Below are positions 1 to 9,819 of a stretch of 64,000 nucleotides of DNA, one piece after another. The first letter of the stretch is position 1; the number at the start of each line of letters is the position of its first letter. The notes under the pieces were generated by a model, which was not told where the DNA came from, did not search any database, and worked only from the letters and a program-made list of their open reading frames with translations. Position numbers and translations under genes: made by a program. The stretch is from a bacterium (GTDB lineage: Bacteria > UBA10199 > 2-02-FULL-44-16 > JAAZCA01), in contig CAXXGI010000002.1 in NCBI GenBank assembly GCA_963674695.2, positions 640,001 through 704,000 on the forward strand, given 5' to 3'.

Positions 1-618
1 GTGTCCGCACAGGAGCTGATAGAGGATAACGCCGAGCGAGAAGATGTCGCTGCGCGCGGTTGAGCCTTTTCCGCGCACCTGTTCGGGCGGCATGTAGGAG
101 GGCGTACCGACCGTGCGCGTGTCCTTGCGGGCGAGTTCGGCGAAGCTGGCGAGCCCAAAATCGGTGATCTTGATCTCGCCGTTTGTGCCCAGCAGGATAT
201 TCGAGGGCTTGATGTCGCGATGGATGATGCCGCGCTGATGCGCGTAGTCCAGGCCGTGACAGACCTTGATGATGATGTCGATCGCATCGGCGATGGGCAA
301 CAGGTGCTCCGGCGTGCAATGACGATAGAGCGTGTGACCGTCGATGTACTCCATGGCGATGAAGCAGCTGGGTTCTTCAATTCCGACATCATAGATGGTC
401 ACGATGTTCGGGTGGATGAGCGCGCCCGCTGCTTCGGCTTCCTGAAAGAGGCGGGTCAGCACTTTTTTGTTCTTCGTGCCGTCCTTCGATTCGCTGACTT
501 TGAGCGCGAGGTTGCGGTTGATGTAGGGATCGCGCCCGAGGTAGACGAGGGCAAATCCGCCGCGCCCGATGGGGCGAACGACTTCATAGCGACCGACTTT
601 TTCAGGCTGTGCACTCAT
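1..618 (-). CDS. Ser/Thr protein kinase (Hanks type), 3' end runs off the window
   Basis: Manual translation of the minus strand from ATG at 618: MSAQPEKVGRYEVVRPIGRGGFALVY...HRDIKPSNILL...KITDFG...GTPSYMPPEQ...SDIFSLG; not in the ORF track. Confidence 0.92.
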   Translation of the reverse strand, partial: MSAQPEKVGRYEVVRPIGRGGFALVYLGRDPYINRNLALKVSESKDGTKNKKVLTRLFQEAEAAGALIHPNIVTIYDVGIEEPSCFIAMEYIDGHTLYRHCTPEHLLPIADAIDIIIKVCHGLDYAHQRGIIHRDIKPSNILLGTNGEIKITDFGLASFAELARKDTRTVGTPSYMPPEQVRGKGSTARSDIFSLGVILYQLLCGH

Positions 619-676
619 ATGGAAGTCCGTGACTCGTGACTCGTGACTCGTGACTGGTAAGATCTTCAAACCTCAG

Positions 677-1738
677 TCACCAGTCGCCAGTCACCAATTC
701 GTAGTTTCGATTCCCCAGTCCGATCTTCTCGGCGTGGGCCAGCTGCACCGTACCGTCGATGCCTGGGTGGGCCTCTTGAAAGACGTCGCCGCCCGTCTTG
801 ATCACGAGGTCGAGGCTTGCCTGATCGATCGCCACCGGGTCGAGGCTCGCCAAAATACCCACATCCGCGCAGAGCGGTTTTTCCTTCATCCCCATGCAGT
901 CGCAGTTGGGCGTGATATGGTTGACAAAGTTGAGATAGAGGGCGCGTTTGTCGGCGACAGCCCCCAGCGCATATTCGGCCAGGCGTTCCTGGACGGCCGC
1001 CGCTCCCTCGTTCCAGGTAACCGCGAGCGCGGCGGTCGGGCAGGCGACGATACATTCGCCGCAGCCGACGCAGGCGTCGTCGTCCTTGCGGATGGTATCG
1101 CCCACGAGCGTGAGCGCGTCGTGGGCGCATTTTGTGATGCAGGCGCCGCAGCCGATGCATTTTTCAACCGTGAGCGTCGGCGAGCTCGACGAATGCATCT
1201 CGAATTTGCCCAGGCGCGCGCCGCAGCCCATGCCGAGGTTTTTTACCGCACCCCCGAAGCCGCAGAGGAGATGCCCCTTGAAGTGCGAGAGTACCAGCAT
1301 CGCATCGGCTCGCCGGATACCCGTGGCAATCTTCACGCTTTGGAAGTGTTTGCCCGGAATCGGGATCTCGTCATAGTCGTCGCCCATCAGGCCGTCGGCG
1401 ATGATGATCGGTGTCTGGAGTTTGGACTGCGTAAAGCCGTGCTCGGCCGCGACCATGAGGTGGCTGGCGGCGTTGCTGCGCGCGCCGTGATAGATCGTGC
1501 CGGTATCGGTGAGAAATGGTTGCGTCTTCATCTTCCAGAGCATCTTGAGTGCCGGGCGGATCCATTCCGGCTTGATGTGGCCATCGCCGCCGCGCTCGCC
1601 GAAGTGGATCTTCACCGCGACGAGGTCGTTGCGCTGAAATGAGCTGCGCGCGTCGCAGGCCTCGAGCAGGTCGATGAGCTCTGAGCGGCGATCCCAGGGG
1701 AGGAAGAAGACCTTTGGTTTCGGGGGTGTGCTCGTCAT
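677..1738 (-). CDS. DUF362 family protein with 2x[4Fe-4S] ferredoxin domain
   Basis: VAVKIHFGE, SHFKGH...GGAVKNLGMG, two CxxCxxC...CP-type motifs, CDC near the C-terminus. Confidence 0.85.
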   Translation of the reverse strand: MTSTPPKPKVFFLPWDRRSELIDLLEACDARSSFQRNDLVAVKIHFGERGGDGHIKPEWIRPALKMLWKMKTQPFLTDTGTIYHGARSNAASHLMVAAEHGFTQSKLQTPIIIADGLMGDDYDEIPIPGKHFQSVKIATGIRRADAMLVLSHFKGHLLCGFGGAVKNLGMGCGARLGKFEMHSSSSPTLTVEKCIGCGACITKCAHDALTLVGDTIRKDDDACVGCGECIVACPTAALAVTWNEGAAAVQERLAEYALGAVADKRALYLNFVNHITPNCDCMGMKEKPLCADVGILASLDPVAIDQASLDLVIKTGGDVFQEAHPGIDGTVQLAHAEKIGLGNRNYELVTGDW

Positions 1739-1840
1739 GGACCCGCAGTGTGAGGGGATGGGACGGGAAAGTCAACGGGGGCTTGCGCCGACGCTGAAAA
1801 CTCGATATGGCCTACCATGGGGGATGGGGGATTTCGAGCG

Positions 1841-2446
1841 ATGGGGTTCAAATGGTTGCTGATGGTGGCGCTGATCTGCGGGCTGTTCTTCGCATCGCCC
1901 TCGAGGGTCTGCGCCTGTGGTCACGATGGTTTCTACGCGGGCCTGGGATATGAACAGCTCTTCCTCTACACCCCCGAGCGTCGACTCGGGCTCACCGACG
2001 AGCGCGTTTCATTCGGTCCCGGTATCGGCGCGCACGCGCTCATCGGCTACGATTTCTGCGGTTCGCGCTGGGGGATCCAGCTCCCCTTCGAATATGCGCG
2101 CATCAAGCTCAACAAATCGGAGTGGGTCAACCAGTTCGCCTCCTCGGTCGAGGGCGTTTTGCATCTGAAGGAGTGGAAAAACGGACTGGATGTTCACCTG
2201 CTCGGTGGCGTCGGGTGGAGCTACTTGAGCGAGGGCAAGATCGCCGATCGCACCGCCTGCGCCGGCATCAGCGTAAGCTTCGGCCCTGGAATCTCCTACT
2301 ACTTCTCCCGCACGGAGCGGATCTCTGCCGCCGTAAACCTCGACGTCCCCTTCCGCTGGATCTACTACTTCGGCGATCACCTCTCCGCAAACGGCACCTC
2401 CGTCATCGCCTTCCCCATCCGCCTCGGCGTACAGGTGGGATTTTAA
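1841..2446 (+). CDS. Outer-membrane beta-barrel protein (about 8 strands)
   Basis: Signal peptide, alternating hydrophobic strands, C-terminal Phe (LGVQVGF); start 1817 or 1841. Confidence 0.6.
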   Translation: MGFKWLLMVALICGLFFASPSRVCACGHDGFYAGLGYEQLFLYTPERRLGLTDERVSFGPGIGAHALIGYDFCGSRWGIQLPFEYARIKLNKSEWVNQFASSVEGVLHLKEWKNGLDVHLLGGVGWSYLSEGKIADRTACAGISVSFGPGISYYFSRTERISAAVNLDVPFRWIYYFGDHLSANGTSVIAFPIRLGVQVGF

Positions 2447-2466
2447 AAGCGGACCATGGTCTATGG

Positions 2467-3369
2467 TCAGAAGGTGTACACAAACAGCCCGCTGGAGAGC
2501 TTTGGGGCGAACCAGGTGGATTTCGGCGGGAGGATTTCGCCGCGATCGGAGATCTCGATGATGTCAGCCATGGTGATGGGGGCGAGCGGCCGATCTTCGG
2601 GCGGGCCGTCCCAGTCGTACTGGTAGACGTGCACCTCGTCGTCGGGGAAGATGACGGCGGGAAAGAAATTGGAGGCGTTCTCCTCGCTCGGATTCGGATC
2701 GTTCGCACGCATCTTCTCGCGGACGCGCGCGCCCGCGGCCGAGCGATGGTGGCCGTCGGCGATATAGAGGGCGGAGATGTCGGAAAAAGCGGCGACCATC
2801 TCATCGGTGCGTTTGATACGCCAGAGCGTGTGGCGCACCCCATCTCCATCGGTGATGTCGATTAGCGCTGCCGCCTCCACCTCGCGCGCGATGAGCTGTG
2901 CGATCCTCTGTGAGCGGCGGTGGACGTAGAGGACCGGCTCCAGATGGGCTCGAAGCGCGAGCGCGAGTTCCGTGCGCTCATCCTCTTTTCCCATGCGCGT
3001 CTTTTCATGTCGACGGATGAGACCCGTCTCATATTCCGCTGCACTCACCCCCGCGACGATCCCCGTCTGCGCGTGCGCGCCACTCGTGATCCGGTAGACG
3101 TAGAGCGAGGGGTCGTCGCGTTTGAGCCATCCCTGCATCTGGAAACGGGAGAGGTTGGCCTTGGCCGTCCAGAAGGTCTCCTCGTCATAGACCTCGACGT
3201 CGTGATCCAGATCGATCTCGGGTCGCGTGATGTGCAGGAGCGATTCCGGTTTGTCTTTGGCGAGCGCGCGCGCCTCTGCGGTGGTCACCACATCGTAGGG
3301 CGGACAGGCGACGCGCTCGGCGCAGTCGGCGTTCGGGAGCAGGGCGGGAAATGGGATAATTTTTGACAT
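2467..3369 (-). CDS. DUF1015 family protein
   Basis: PPYDV, HEKT, YIADGHHR and PKSTWFAPK motifs; this family is typically found next to serC/serA. Confidence 0.88.
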   Translation of the reverse strand: MSKIIPFPALLPNADCAERVACPPYDVVTTAEARALAKDKPESLLHITRPEIDLDHDVEVYDEETFWTAKANLSRFQMQGWLKRDDPSLYVYRITSGAHAQTGIVAGVSAAEYETGLIRRHEKTRMGKEDERTELALALRAHLEPVLYVHRRSQRIAQLIAREVEAAALIDITDGDGVRHTLWRIKRTDEMVAAFSDISALYIADGHHRSAAGARVREKMRANDPNPSEENASNFFPAVIFPDDEVHVYQYDWDGPPEDRPLAPITMADIIEISDRGEILPPKSTWFAPKLSSGLFVYTF

Positions 3370-3398
3370 AGCCTTGCTTTAATGGCAAAGGGCGCCCC

Positions 3399-4472
3399 AT
3401 GTCAACGACACGTCTCTTCAATTTTGGTGCGGGCCCCTCGATGTTGCCGGGCGAAGTGGTCGGCGAGATCCGCGAAACGATGATGGACTTCGGCGGGATG
3501 TCGATCCTCGAGATCAGCCATCGATCCAAGCCCTTTGGGAAGATTATCGACGAGGCGCGCTCGCTCGTGGCAGAGCTCATGGAGCTGCCGGCCGGGTATG
3601 ACGTGCTCTTCCTCCAGGGGGGAGCGACCCAACAGTTCGCGATGGTGCCGATGAACCTCATGGATCGGACGGCCGACTACGTGTGCACCGGCGCCTGGTC
3701 GCAGAAGGCGTTTGCCGAGGCGAAGGTCTTCGGTCAGCCGCGCGAGATCTTCTCCTCCGAGGCGGAGGGGTTTTCCCGCGTGCCGCGCCCGGAAGAGCTC
3801 AGCGTAGATGCCCAGGCGAGCTATCTTCATATCACGTCGAACAACACGATTTTTGGCACGCAGTATGCGTCGTTTCCCGAGACCGGGGAGGTGCCACTCG
3901 TGGCCGATATGTCCTCCGACATTCTCTCGCGACGCATCGACGCGAAACGCTTTGGCCTCATCTATGCCGGCGCACAGAAGAACCTCGGCCCCGCGGGCGT
4001 GACCCTGGTGGTCGTGCGCGAGGATCTGTTGGCGCGCGATTATCGTCCGGCGCCGAAGATATGGCGCTATGTCACGCACGCCAAGGCGGGCTCGCTCTCC
4101 AACACGCCGCCGGTCTTTGCCATCTGGGCAACGCTGCTCAACCTGCGCTGGATGAAACGCCAGGGCGGCGTGGCTGCGATCGAAGCGCGCAACCAGCGCA
4201 AGGCGGCACTCCTGTACGAAGTGATCGATGCGGGAGATTTCTATCGCGGCAACGCGGAAGCGAACAGCCGCTCGATGATGAACGTGACCTTCACGCTGCC
4301 GAACGACGAACTCGCCGCGACCTTTCTTGCCGAGGCGGAAGGCGCGGGCCTGGTGGGGCTCAAGGGTCACCGCTCTGTCGGCGGCATTCGTGCTTCAATC
4401 TACAACGCGATGCCGCTCGAGGGCGTCGAGGCGCTCACGGCATTCATGCGTGAATTTTCGCAGCGGAACTGA
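3399..4472 (+). CDS. serC: Phosphoserine aminotransferase
   Basis: NFGAGP, ISHRS, ADMSS, GAQKNLGPAG (PLP lysine), GHRSVGGIRASIYNA. Confidence 0.97.
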   Translation: MSTTRLFNFGAGPSMLPGEVVGEIRETMMDFGGMSILEISHRSKPFGKIIDEARSLVAELMELPAGYDVLFLQGGATQQFAMVPMNLMDRTADYVCTGAWSQKAFAEAKVFGQPREIFSSEAEGFSRVPRPEELSVDAQASYLHITSNNTIFGTQYASFPETGEVPLVADMSSDILSRRIDAKRFGLIYAGAQKNLGPAGVTLVVVREDLLARDYRPAPKIWRYVTHAKAGSLSNTPPVFAIWATLLNLRWMKRQGGVAAIEARNQRKAALLYEVIDAGDFYRGNAEANSRSMMNVTFTLPNDELAATFLAEAEGAGLVGLKGHRSVGGIRASIYNAMPLEGVEALTAFMREFSQRN

Positions 4473-4498
4473 TGGGGTTGTCATCCCCTCTTTTTGTT

Positions 4499-4634
4499 GT
4501 CATCCCCGTGGAAACGGGGATCTCGATGGATGTGATGTTGTCATCCCCGTGGAAACGGGGATCTCGATGGAAAGGTTTCAACCGAGATTCCCCCGCCACA
4601 CAACCGGCGGGCAGGCTGCTTTCGCGGGAATGAC
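4499..4634. repeat. REP-like palindrome cluster (GTCATYCCCG..CGGGRATCT family)
   Basis: Two GTCATCCCCGTGGAAACGGGGATCTCG copies followed by the closing GAGATTCCC...GGGAATGAC. Confidence 0.8.
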
Positions 4635-4669
4635 ATCGTCAGCTCTGATCCGTTACTAAGGAGTTTTCA

Positions 4670-6238
4670 ATGACCTACAATGTCCTGTGCACCGATGGGT
4701 TTTCCAAGGCGGGCCTCGAAGAACTCGCCAAACACGATGACCTTCGGGTGACCTTTGAGAAGAAGCTCTCGCACGACGAACTCTTGAAACGCATTCCGGA
4801 ATTCGACGGCCTCGTCGTGCGCAGCGCGTCCACCGTCTCTCGCGACGTGATCGATGCCGGGAAAAACCTCAAGATCATTGCGCGCGCGGGCGTGGGCACC
4901 GATAACATCGATATTGCCGCAGCGACCGAGCGCGGTATCCTGGTCGTGAACGCCCCGGCGGGAAACACGCTTTCTACGGCGGAGTTGGCCTTTTCGCTCC
5001 TGCTGGCCGTGGCGCGCGGTATTCCGCAAGCCGCAGCGGCCATGAACGACGGGAAATGGGAGAAGGATAAGGGCCGCCAGATCGCTTACAAGACGCTCGG
5101 GATCATCGGTCTGGGTCGCATCGGCCGCGAGGTGGCTCGGCGCGCGCAGGCCTTTAAGATGAAGGTCGTCGGGTTCGATCCGTATCTGAACGAAGAGCAG
5201 GTGCGCGATATGGGGATCGAACCGATGACGATCGAGGGGCTTCTGCCCGAGGTCGATTTCCTCACGGTGCATACGCCGCTCACCGACGAGACCCGGAATC
5301 TCATCGCGCGCGATGAGCTCGGAAAGATGAAGAAGAGCGCCTATCTCATCAACTGTGCGCGCGGCGGTATCATCAATGAAGAGGATCTCGCCCTCGCCCT
5401 GCGCGAAGACGTCATCGCGGGCGCTGCCCTCGATGTCTATACGACCGAGCCCTACACCACGCCGACCTTTCAGGGGCTGGCCAACATCGTGCTCACGCCG
5501 CACCTGGGGGCCTCCACGTTTGAGGCGCAGGATGCGGTCGCCGTGGAGGCCGCGGCCTCCGTCGCCCAGTTCTTCAGCGATGGGATCAGCTTCAATGCGG
5601 TCAACCTCTCCGGTGCGGATCCGCAATCGCTCGATACCTATCGTCGGCACCTGTTGCTCGCGCAGAAAGTGGGGGCGTTTGCATTCCAAATGTTCCAGGG
5701 CGATCTGCGCCGTATTACGGTCTCGACCACGGTGCGGGCGACCAAGCTCATCGCGCTTTCAGCGGTGCGCGGGGTGCTCGCCCAGGCGGTGAGCGATACC
5801 GTTACCATCGTCAATGCGGCGGCGGCAGCGGCCGAACGCGGCATCGAAGTCGTCGAGGAGACGCTTGCCGAAAAGGATCGGGGCGATGCCATCGGCGTGC
5901 GCCTTACGACAGCCGACGGGGCCACGACGGAAATCTGGGGGCGCTTGACCGCCGATGGCACGGTCAAGATCGTGCGCGTGAATGAATATGGCGTCGACAT
6001 CGATCCGGTCGGCAATGTGCTCGTCATCCATAATGAAGACCGCCCCGGTGTGATCGGTCGCGTCTGCACGATTCTTGGCGATCATAGCGTGAATATCGCC
6101 GAGATGCAGAACGTGCGGCATCGCAAAGGGACGGATGCGCTCACCCTCATCGGCGTGGACGAATCGCTCTCGGAAGAAGCCATCGCTGCCATTCGCACCG
6201 ATGCCGCTGTCACCCAGGCGCAGGTGGTACGCCTGTAA
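4670..6238 (+). CDS. serA: D-3-phosphoglycerate dehydrogenase
   Basis: RAGVGTDNID, GLGRIG, NCARGG, TPHLGAST and a C-terminal ACT domain. Confidence 0.96.
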   Translation: MTYNVLCTDGFSKAGLEELAKHDDLRVTFEKKLSHDELLKRIPEFDGLVVRSASTVSRDVIDAGKNLKIIARAGVGTDNIDIAAATERGILVVNAPAGNTLSTAELAFSLLLAVARGIPQAAAAMNDGKWEKDKGRQIAYKTLGIIGLGRIGREVARRAQAFKMKVVGFDPYLNEEQVRDMGIEPMTIEGLLPEVDFLTVHTPLTDETRNLIARDELGKMKKSAYLINCARGGIINEEDLALALREDVIAGAALDVYTTEPYTTPTFQGLANIVLTPHLGASTFEAQDAVAVEAAASVAQFFSDGISFNAVNLSGADPQSLDTYRRHLLLAQKVGAFAFQMFQGDLRRITVSTTVRATKLIALSAVRGVLAQAVSDTVTIVNAAAAAAERGIEVVEETLAEKDRGDAIGVRLTTADGATTEIWGRLTADGTVKIVRVNEYGVDIDPVGNVLVIHNEDRPGVIGRVCTILGDHSVNIAEMQNVRHRKGTDALTLIGVDESLSEEAIAAIRTDAAVTQAQVVRL

Positions 6239-6247
6239 AGGCAGTTC

Positions 6248-6922
6248 ATGCAGACACGTTCCCTCCATCCCTGGAATCTCGCGCCGGCCGAGGCGATCGA
6301 GGTGCAAAAGCGCCTGGCCTCACAGGTTTCGCGCAAGCGCGATTTCGGCGGCGTGGCGTTCATCGCCGGTGCCGACATCGCCGTCGACCGCGATTCCGGC
6401 GAGGGGATCGCCGCCGTCATCGTCTATTCCTTCCCGGATCTCCGTGAGGTCGAACGCGCCAGCGTGCGCGCTCCGCTCGCCTATCCCTATATTCCGGGCC
6501 TGCTCTCCTTTCGCGAAGGGCCGCTTCTGCTCGCCGCCTTCGAGGAACTCAAACAGACGCCGGATGTGGCCCTCTTCGATGCCCAGGGGATCGCCCATCC
6601 ACGGGGTCTGGGGTTAGCGAGCCACATGGGGCTGTGCTTGGATCTGCCGACCATCGGCGTGGCCAAGTCGCGCCTCTTTGGTGAACACGAGGAGCCGGGC
6701 AACCAGGTCGGCGATTGGAAGCCGCTGCTGACGAAAGAGGACGAGGTCATCGGTGCCGTCCTGCGTACGCGCCGGCACGTCACACCCGTCTTCGTCTCCA
6801 TCGGCCACCGCATCGACTTGCCCACATCCATCGAGATCGTCCTGGCCTGCCTCGACGACACGCGCATCCCCAAACCCACCCGCGAAGCCGACCGCCTCGT
6901 CGGCCAGCTCAAACTCGCCTGA
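6248..6922 (+). CDS. nfi: Endonuclease V
   Basis: PYIPGLLSFRE, DAQGIAHPR.GLASH, GVAKS, PKPTREAD. Confidence 0.95.
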   Translation: MQTRSLHPWNLAPAEAIEVQKRLASQVSRKRDFGGVAFIAGADIAVDRDSGEGIAAVIVYSFPDLREVERASVRAPLAYPYIPGLLSFREGPLLLAAFEELKQTPDVALFDAQGIAHPRGLGLASHMGLCLDLPTIGVAKSRLFGEHEEPGNQVGDWKPLLTKEDEVIGAVLRTRRHVTPVFVSIGHRIDLPTSIEIVLACLDDTRIPKPTREADRLVGQLKLA

Positions 6923-6940
6923 TGGTGAGATGGCGTGATT

Positions 6941-8263
6941 TTATAATCCCCATATCGGAACGAAATGGGTGTTTGTTTCTCGGTCGAACTGATAATCACC
7001 TCTATAGAGAACGCAATTATAGACGATCCGTTTTTTCTGTTCGTCTGCAAAAGCAAGAATCGATTTTAATCTCGGTTGTTCCATGCTGTATTTGATTTCG
7101 ATGGGCGTCAGTCTGCCTTCAAGTGAATAGACCAAGTCGACTTCATAATTGCTGCTCGTTCTCCAAAAGGATAAGGAATGTGGCCGCCAATCATTTTCGG
7201 TTGCTTTGAAAAACTCATTGACGACAAAACTTTCCAGCCTATCGCCGATAGCTCCGGTTGATCTCAGCGTCGGAAGATCAAACGATTCCGTGAGAAGGCT
7301 GGTGATGCCCATATCACTGAAATACAACTTCGGGGCCTTCGCTAATCTTCTTTTTGTGTTTTTGCTGTAGATGGAGAGGATTTTCACGAGCATCGTTTTC
7401 TCGAGAATCACCAAATACTTCTTGATGGTCTTGTCAGAGATCCCGATGTTCTTTGCGAGGTCTTTGATGAGGAAGGTGTTTGAATTGTATTGGCCGAGAA
7501 GTTCGAGCAACTGATCATAGGGTTTCCAGTGTTCGACAAGGGAAAGGGGCAGGATGTCCTTTTCGATATAGGTGTTTCTATAATTCGTTAAGAATTCCAT
7601 TTTGTCCTGCTTACCTTCAGCGAGTGCACATTCCGGAAACGAACCGAATATGAGCATGTCGTCCAGGTGTTTCAGACGGATATCTTTGGATTGAATGATT
7701 GAATAAAATATTTCCTTCCCAATCTCCTCGGTGAGGGTTTGGTTTTTGAGAGAGTCCATGTATCGATGTTGGTTGTTGTTATGTACCGATTGAGCCGTGA
7801 GATATTCGGAGAAGTTGAATGGACTGAGGTGAAATTGCCTCACCCTGCCGGCCAGCGATTCCGCCGATCTGCTGTGGAGCTCCAACGAACTGGACCCGGT
7901 TAAGATGAAACGAGGGGATTTATTGTGAGCATCGAACATCAATTTGACCTGATCGAAGACGGCGGGACACTTTTGACATTCGTCCAAAACGATAACGAGA
8001 TTTGGCGAATCAAGGTTTATTCCAACGGAACGCCGTATCGCCTCCACGAGTCCCCTATTCGGATCTTCCACGATTTGGCGTATTTTCAGATCGTCGAAGT
8101 TGATATACCCAACAAGGCGGTTTTTCGGCAGCAGATGGTGTACGAGCGTTGTCTTTCCCGCCTGCCGCGGTCCGAGCAGGACGATAATCTTATCTTTTTC
8201 GAGGGCTTCGTTCAGCAGGGGTGTTATCGTCCGCTCAATATAATGGATTGAATTTATTGACAT
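6941..8263 (-). CDS. AAA_14 / DUF4143 ATP-binding protein
   Basis: GPRQAGKTT, LDECQ, LTGSS, KAPKLYFSDMG, EVD...PIEIK; visibly AT-richer than its flanks. Confidence 0.88.
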   Translation of the reverse strand: MSINSIHYIERTITPLLNEALEKDKIIVLLGPRQAGKTTLVHHLLPKNRLVGYINFDDLKIRQIVEDPNRGLVEAIRRSVGINLDSPNLVIVLDECQKCPAVFDQVKLMFDAHNKSPRFILTGSSSLELHSRSAESLAGRVRQFHLSPFNFSEYLTAQSVHNNNQHRYMDSLKNQTLTEEIGKEIFYSIIQSKDIRLKHLDDMLIFGSFPECALAEGKQDKMEFLTNYRNTYIEKDILPLSLVEHWKPYDQLLELLGQYNSNTFLIKDLAKNIGISDKTIKKYLVILEKTMLVKILSIYSKNTKRRLAKAPKLYFSDMGITSLLTESFDLPTLRSTGAIGDRLESFVVNEFFKATENDWRPHSLSFWRTSSNYEVDLVYSLEGRLTPIEIKYSMEQPRLKSILAFADEQKKRIVYNCVLYRGDYQFDRETNTHFVPIWGL

Positions 8264-8472
8264 TATTCCCCCTCGCGGATAACGCGAAGTACTGTTCTTA
8301 TAATACATGTAATATCAGAATACTAATACCAATGATACATACCGTCAACTCAAATGAGCTGATGAGACCATAATAATGAGAAGGGGCGAAAACTGCGAAA
8401 CTTTTTCGGCGTTGAGACGATGATGAAAGTGTGCGAACGTTTTGAATCCAGATTTCAAGCAGGAGGTGTGCG

Positions 8473-9306
8473 ATGGCAGGTCCAGAAAAATGTCCGAATG
8501 GCATGTGCCCGATCCCGGCGGGGACGTTCACGATGGGATCGAAGGTGGGTCATCCGGATGAGCGACCGGTTTGCGACGAGGTCGAACTCTCAGCATATCG
8601 AATGCAGAAGCATCCGGTGACCGTCGGTTAGTACAAAGCTTATGAGGTCGAGAAGGGCACAAGCAGCGAGTTTGTAGAACTCATCAAGGGTTGTGATGGG
8701 AACGCTCAATGGGAAGCCGTCAAATTTATGCCAAGGGTCAATGGGATCGATGGGATAGAGGTGTGTGAGATCAAGGAAGAACCACTCTATCTTGCATCCA
8801 TGCCCAACTTGCCCGAGGGATTCGACGGCGATGATCAGCCGATGGTCAATGTGAGTTGGTTCGAAGCCAATGCCTACTGCGAATTCTACGGCATGAAGCT
8901 TCCCACGGAGGCGCAGTTTGAGCGTGGGGCCAGAGGCCTCTCCGGCGACAGGGAGTTTGGATTGGCTGAAGAATCTCATTACGGTGCCCTGGCAACTGCG
9001 CCGGTCTGCTCTTATCCGGAAAACGATCTCGGCCTTTGCGACATGATCGGCAACGTGTGGGAGTGGACGCGAGACGTGTACCAAGATAGTTATGAAGGTC
9101 TGGGTTGTAAGGATCCTTTTCATGAGCCGAAAAGGTGGTTTGTGTCAGCGGATGAACCCGATGAGCGCAAGCGGAGCATTCGCGGCAGTTCCTGGGATTA
9201 CGGCTGGAGGGGTTTGCGTGTGACGCTTCGCAACGCTCGTCATCCCGAGTTTGGTGCCGACAATATCGGTTTTCGGTGTGTGGCCTCGCAGGATTCCGAA
9301 AAGTAA
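8473..9306 (+). pseudogene. FGE-sulfatase (SUMF1/EgtB) domain protein with an in-frame TAG at 8629-8631
   Basis: AGGAGG SD then MAGPEKCPNGMCPIPAGTFTMG...HPVTVG*YKAY, in frame with LPTEAQFE, DMIGNVWEW, RGSSW, IGFRC. Confidence 0.8.
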
Positions 9307-9341
9307 TGAAGATCAGACTGCTGACAAAGTCTTCTCATGCT

Positions 9342-9483
9342 GTCATTCCCGCATGGGGTAAGCGGGCCTTCGTTACGCCGTAGCGGTTTTCCTGCTCCGC
9401 CAAAGCTACGCGGCGGCGAGCGGCCGCGCAGGCGGGAATCCCGATTATTAGGGTCCATCGAGATCCCCGCTCGCGGGGATGAC
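9342..9483. repeat. REP-like palindrome
   Basis: GTCATTCCCGC...GCGGGAATCC...GAGATCCCCGCTCGCGGGGATGAC. Confidence 0.7.
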
Positions 9484-9560
9484 AACAACTTTTTATCCCC
9501 GCTTGCCGAGTTTGCGAGATAGGCGGGCCCAGTCCTGGTTGTTACGTGCGAACTGCCCTC

Positions 9561-9768
9561 CTGTCTGCCACGGCCTCCTTCCCGGAGGAGCCTAAAAGCG
9601 TGTTTGCGAGACCGACCGTATGAGTCGTAAAAATGTCGACTGGTTTCGTGCGTTCGAGTCTGACGAAGGAAGACACGAACGCACGTCGTTGAAACCAGCG
9701 ACATTTTTGCGACGAGTAGGGAGGCGAGCGCGCTCGAGCGACGGAGGGAAGGGGACCGCGGCAGGCAG
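9561..9768 (+). ncRNA. Candidate structured RNA/ssDNA element, copy 1
   Basis: Long rod-like hairpin with G-U pairs on the + strand; homologous to 63258-63638 (-) with different but still pairing stems. Confidence 0.5.
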
Positions 9769-9783
9769 CTGTACTCGTCTCGA

Positions 9784-9812
9784 TTGACAGCCGGCCCCCA
9801 AGCGTTTACCGT
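9784..9812 (+). promoter_or_regulatory. sigma70-type promoter, probably giving a leaderless mRNA
   Basis: TTGACA-17nt-TACCGT, 7 nt before ATG 9820, no SD. Confidence 0.55.
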
Positions 9813-9819
9813 TGCGACT

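Noticed and set aside
220-1642. Plus-strand ORFs 220-639 and 650-1642, and similar long antisense ORFs such as 31389-32993, 51326-52828 and 61664-63337
   Set aside because: Shadows of real genes on the opposite strand, expected in GC-rich DNA
9170-9306. Diversity-generating retroelement target (FGE/C-type lectin C-terminus)
   Set aside because: No template repeat or reverse transcriptase seen in the window; cannot be excluded genome-wide
9486-9512. sigma28-like promoter driving structured element copy 1
   Set aside because: The -10 match is weak (GCCGAGTT), it abuts a REP end, and copy 2 has no equivalent
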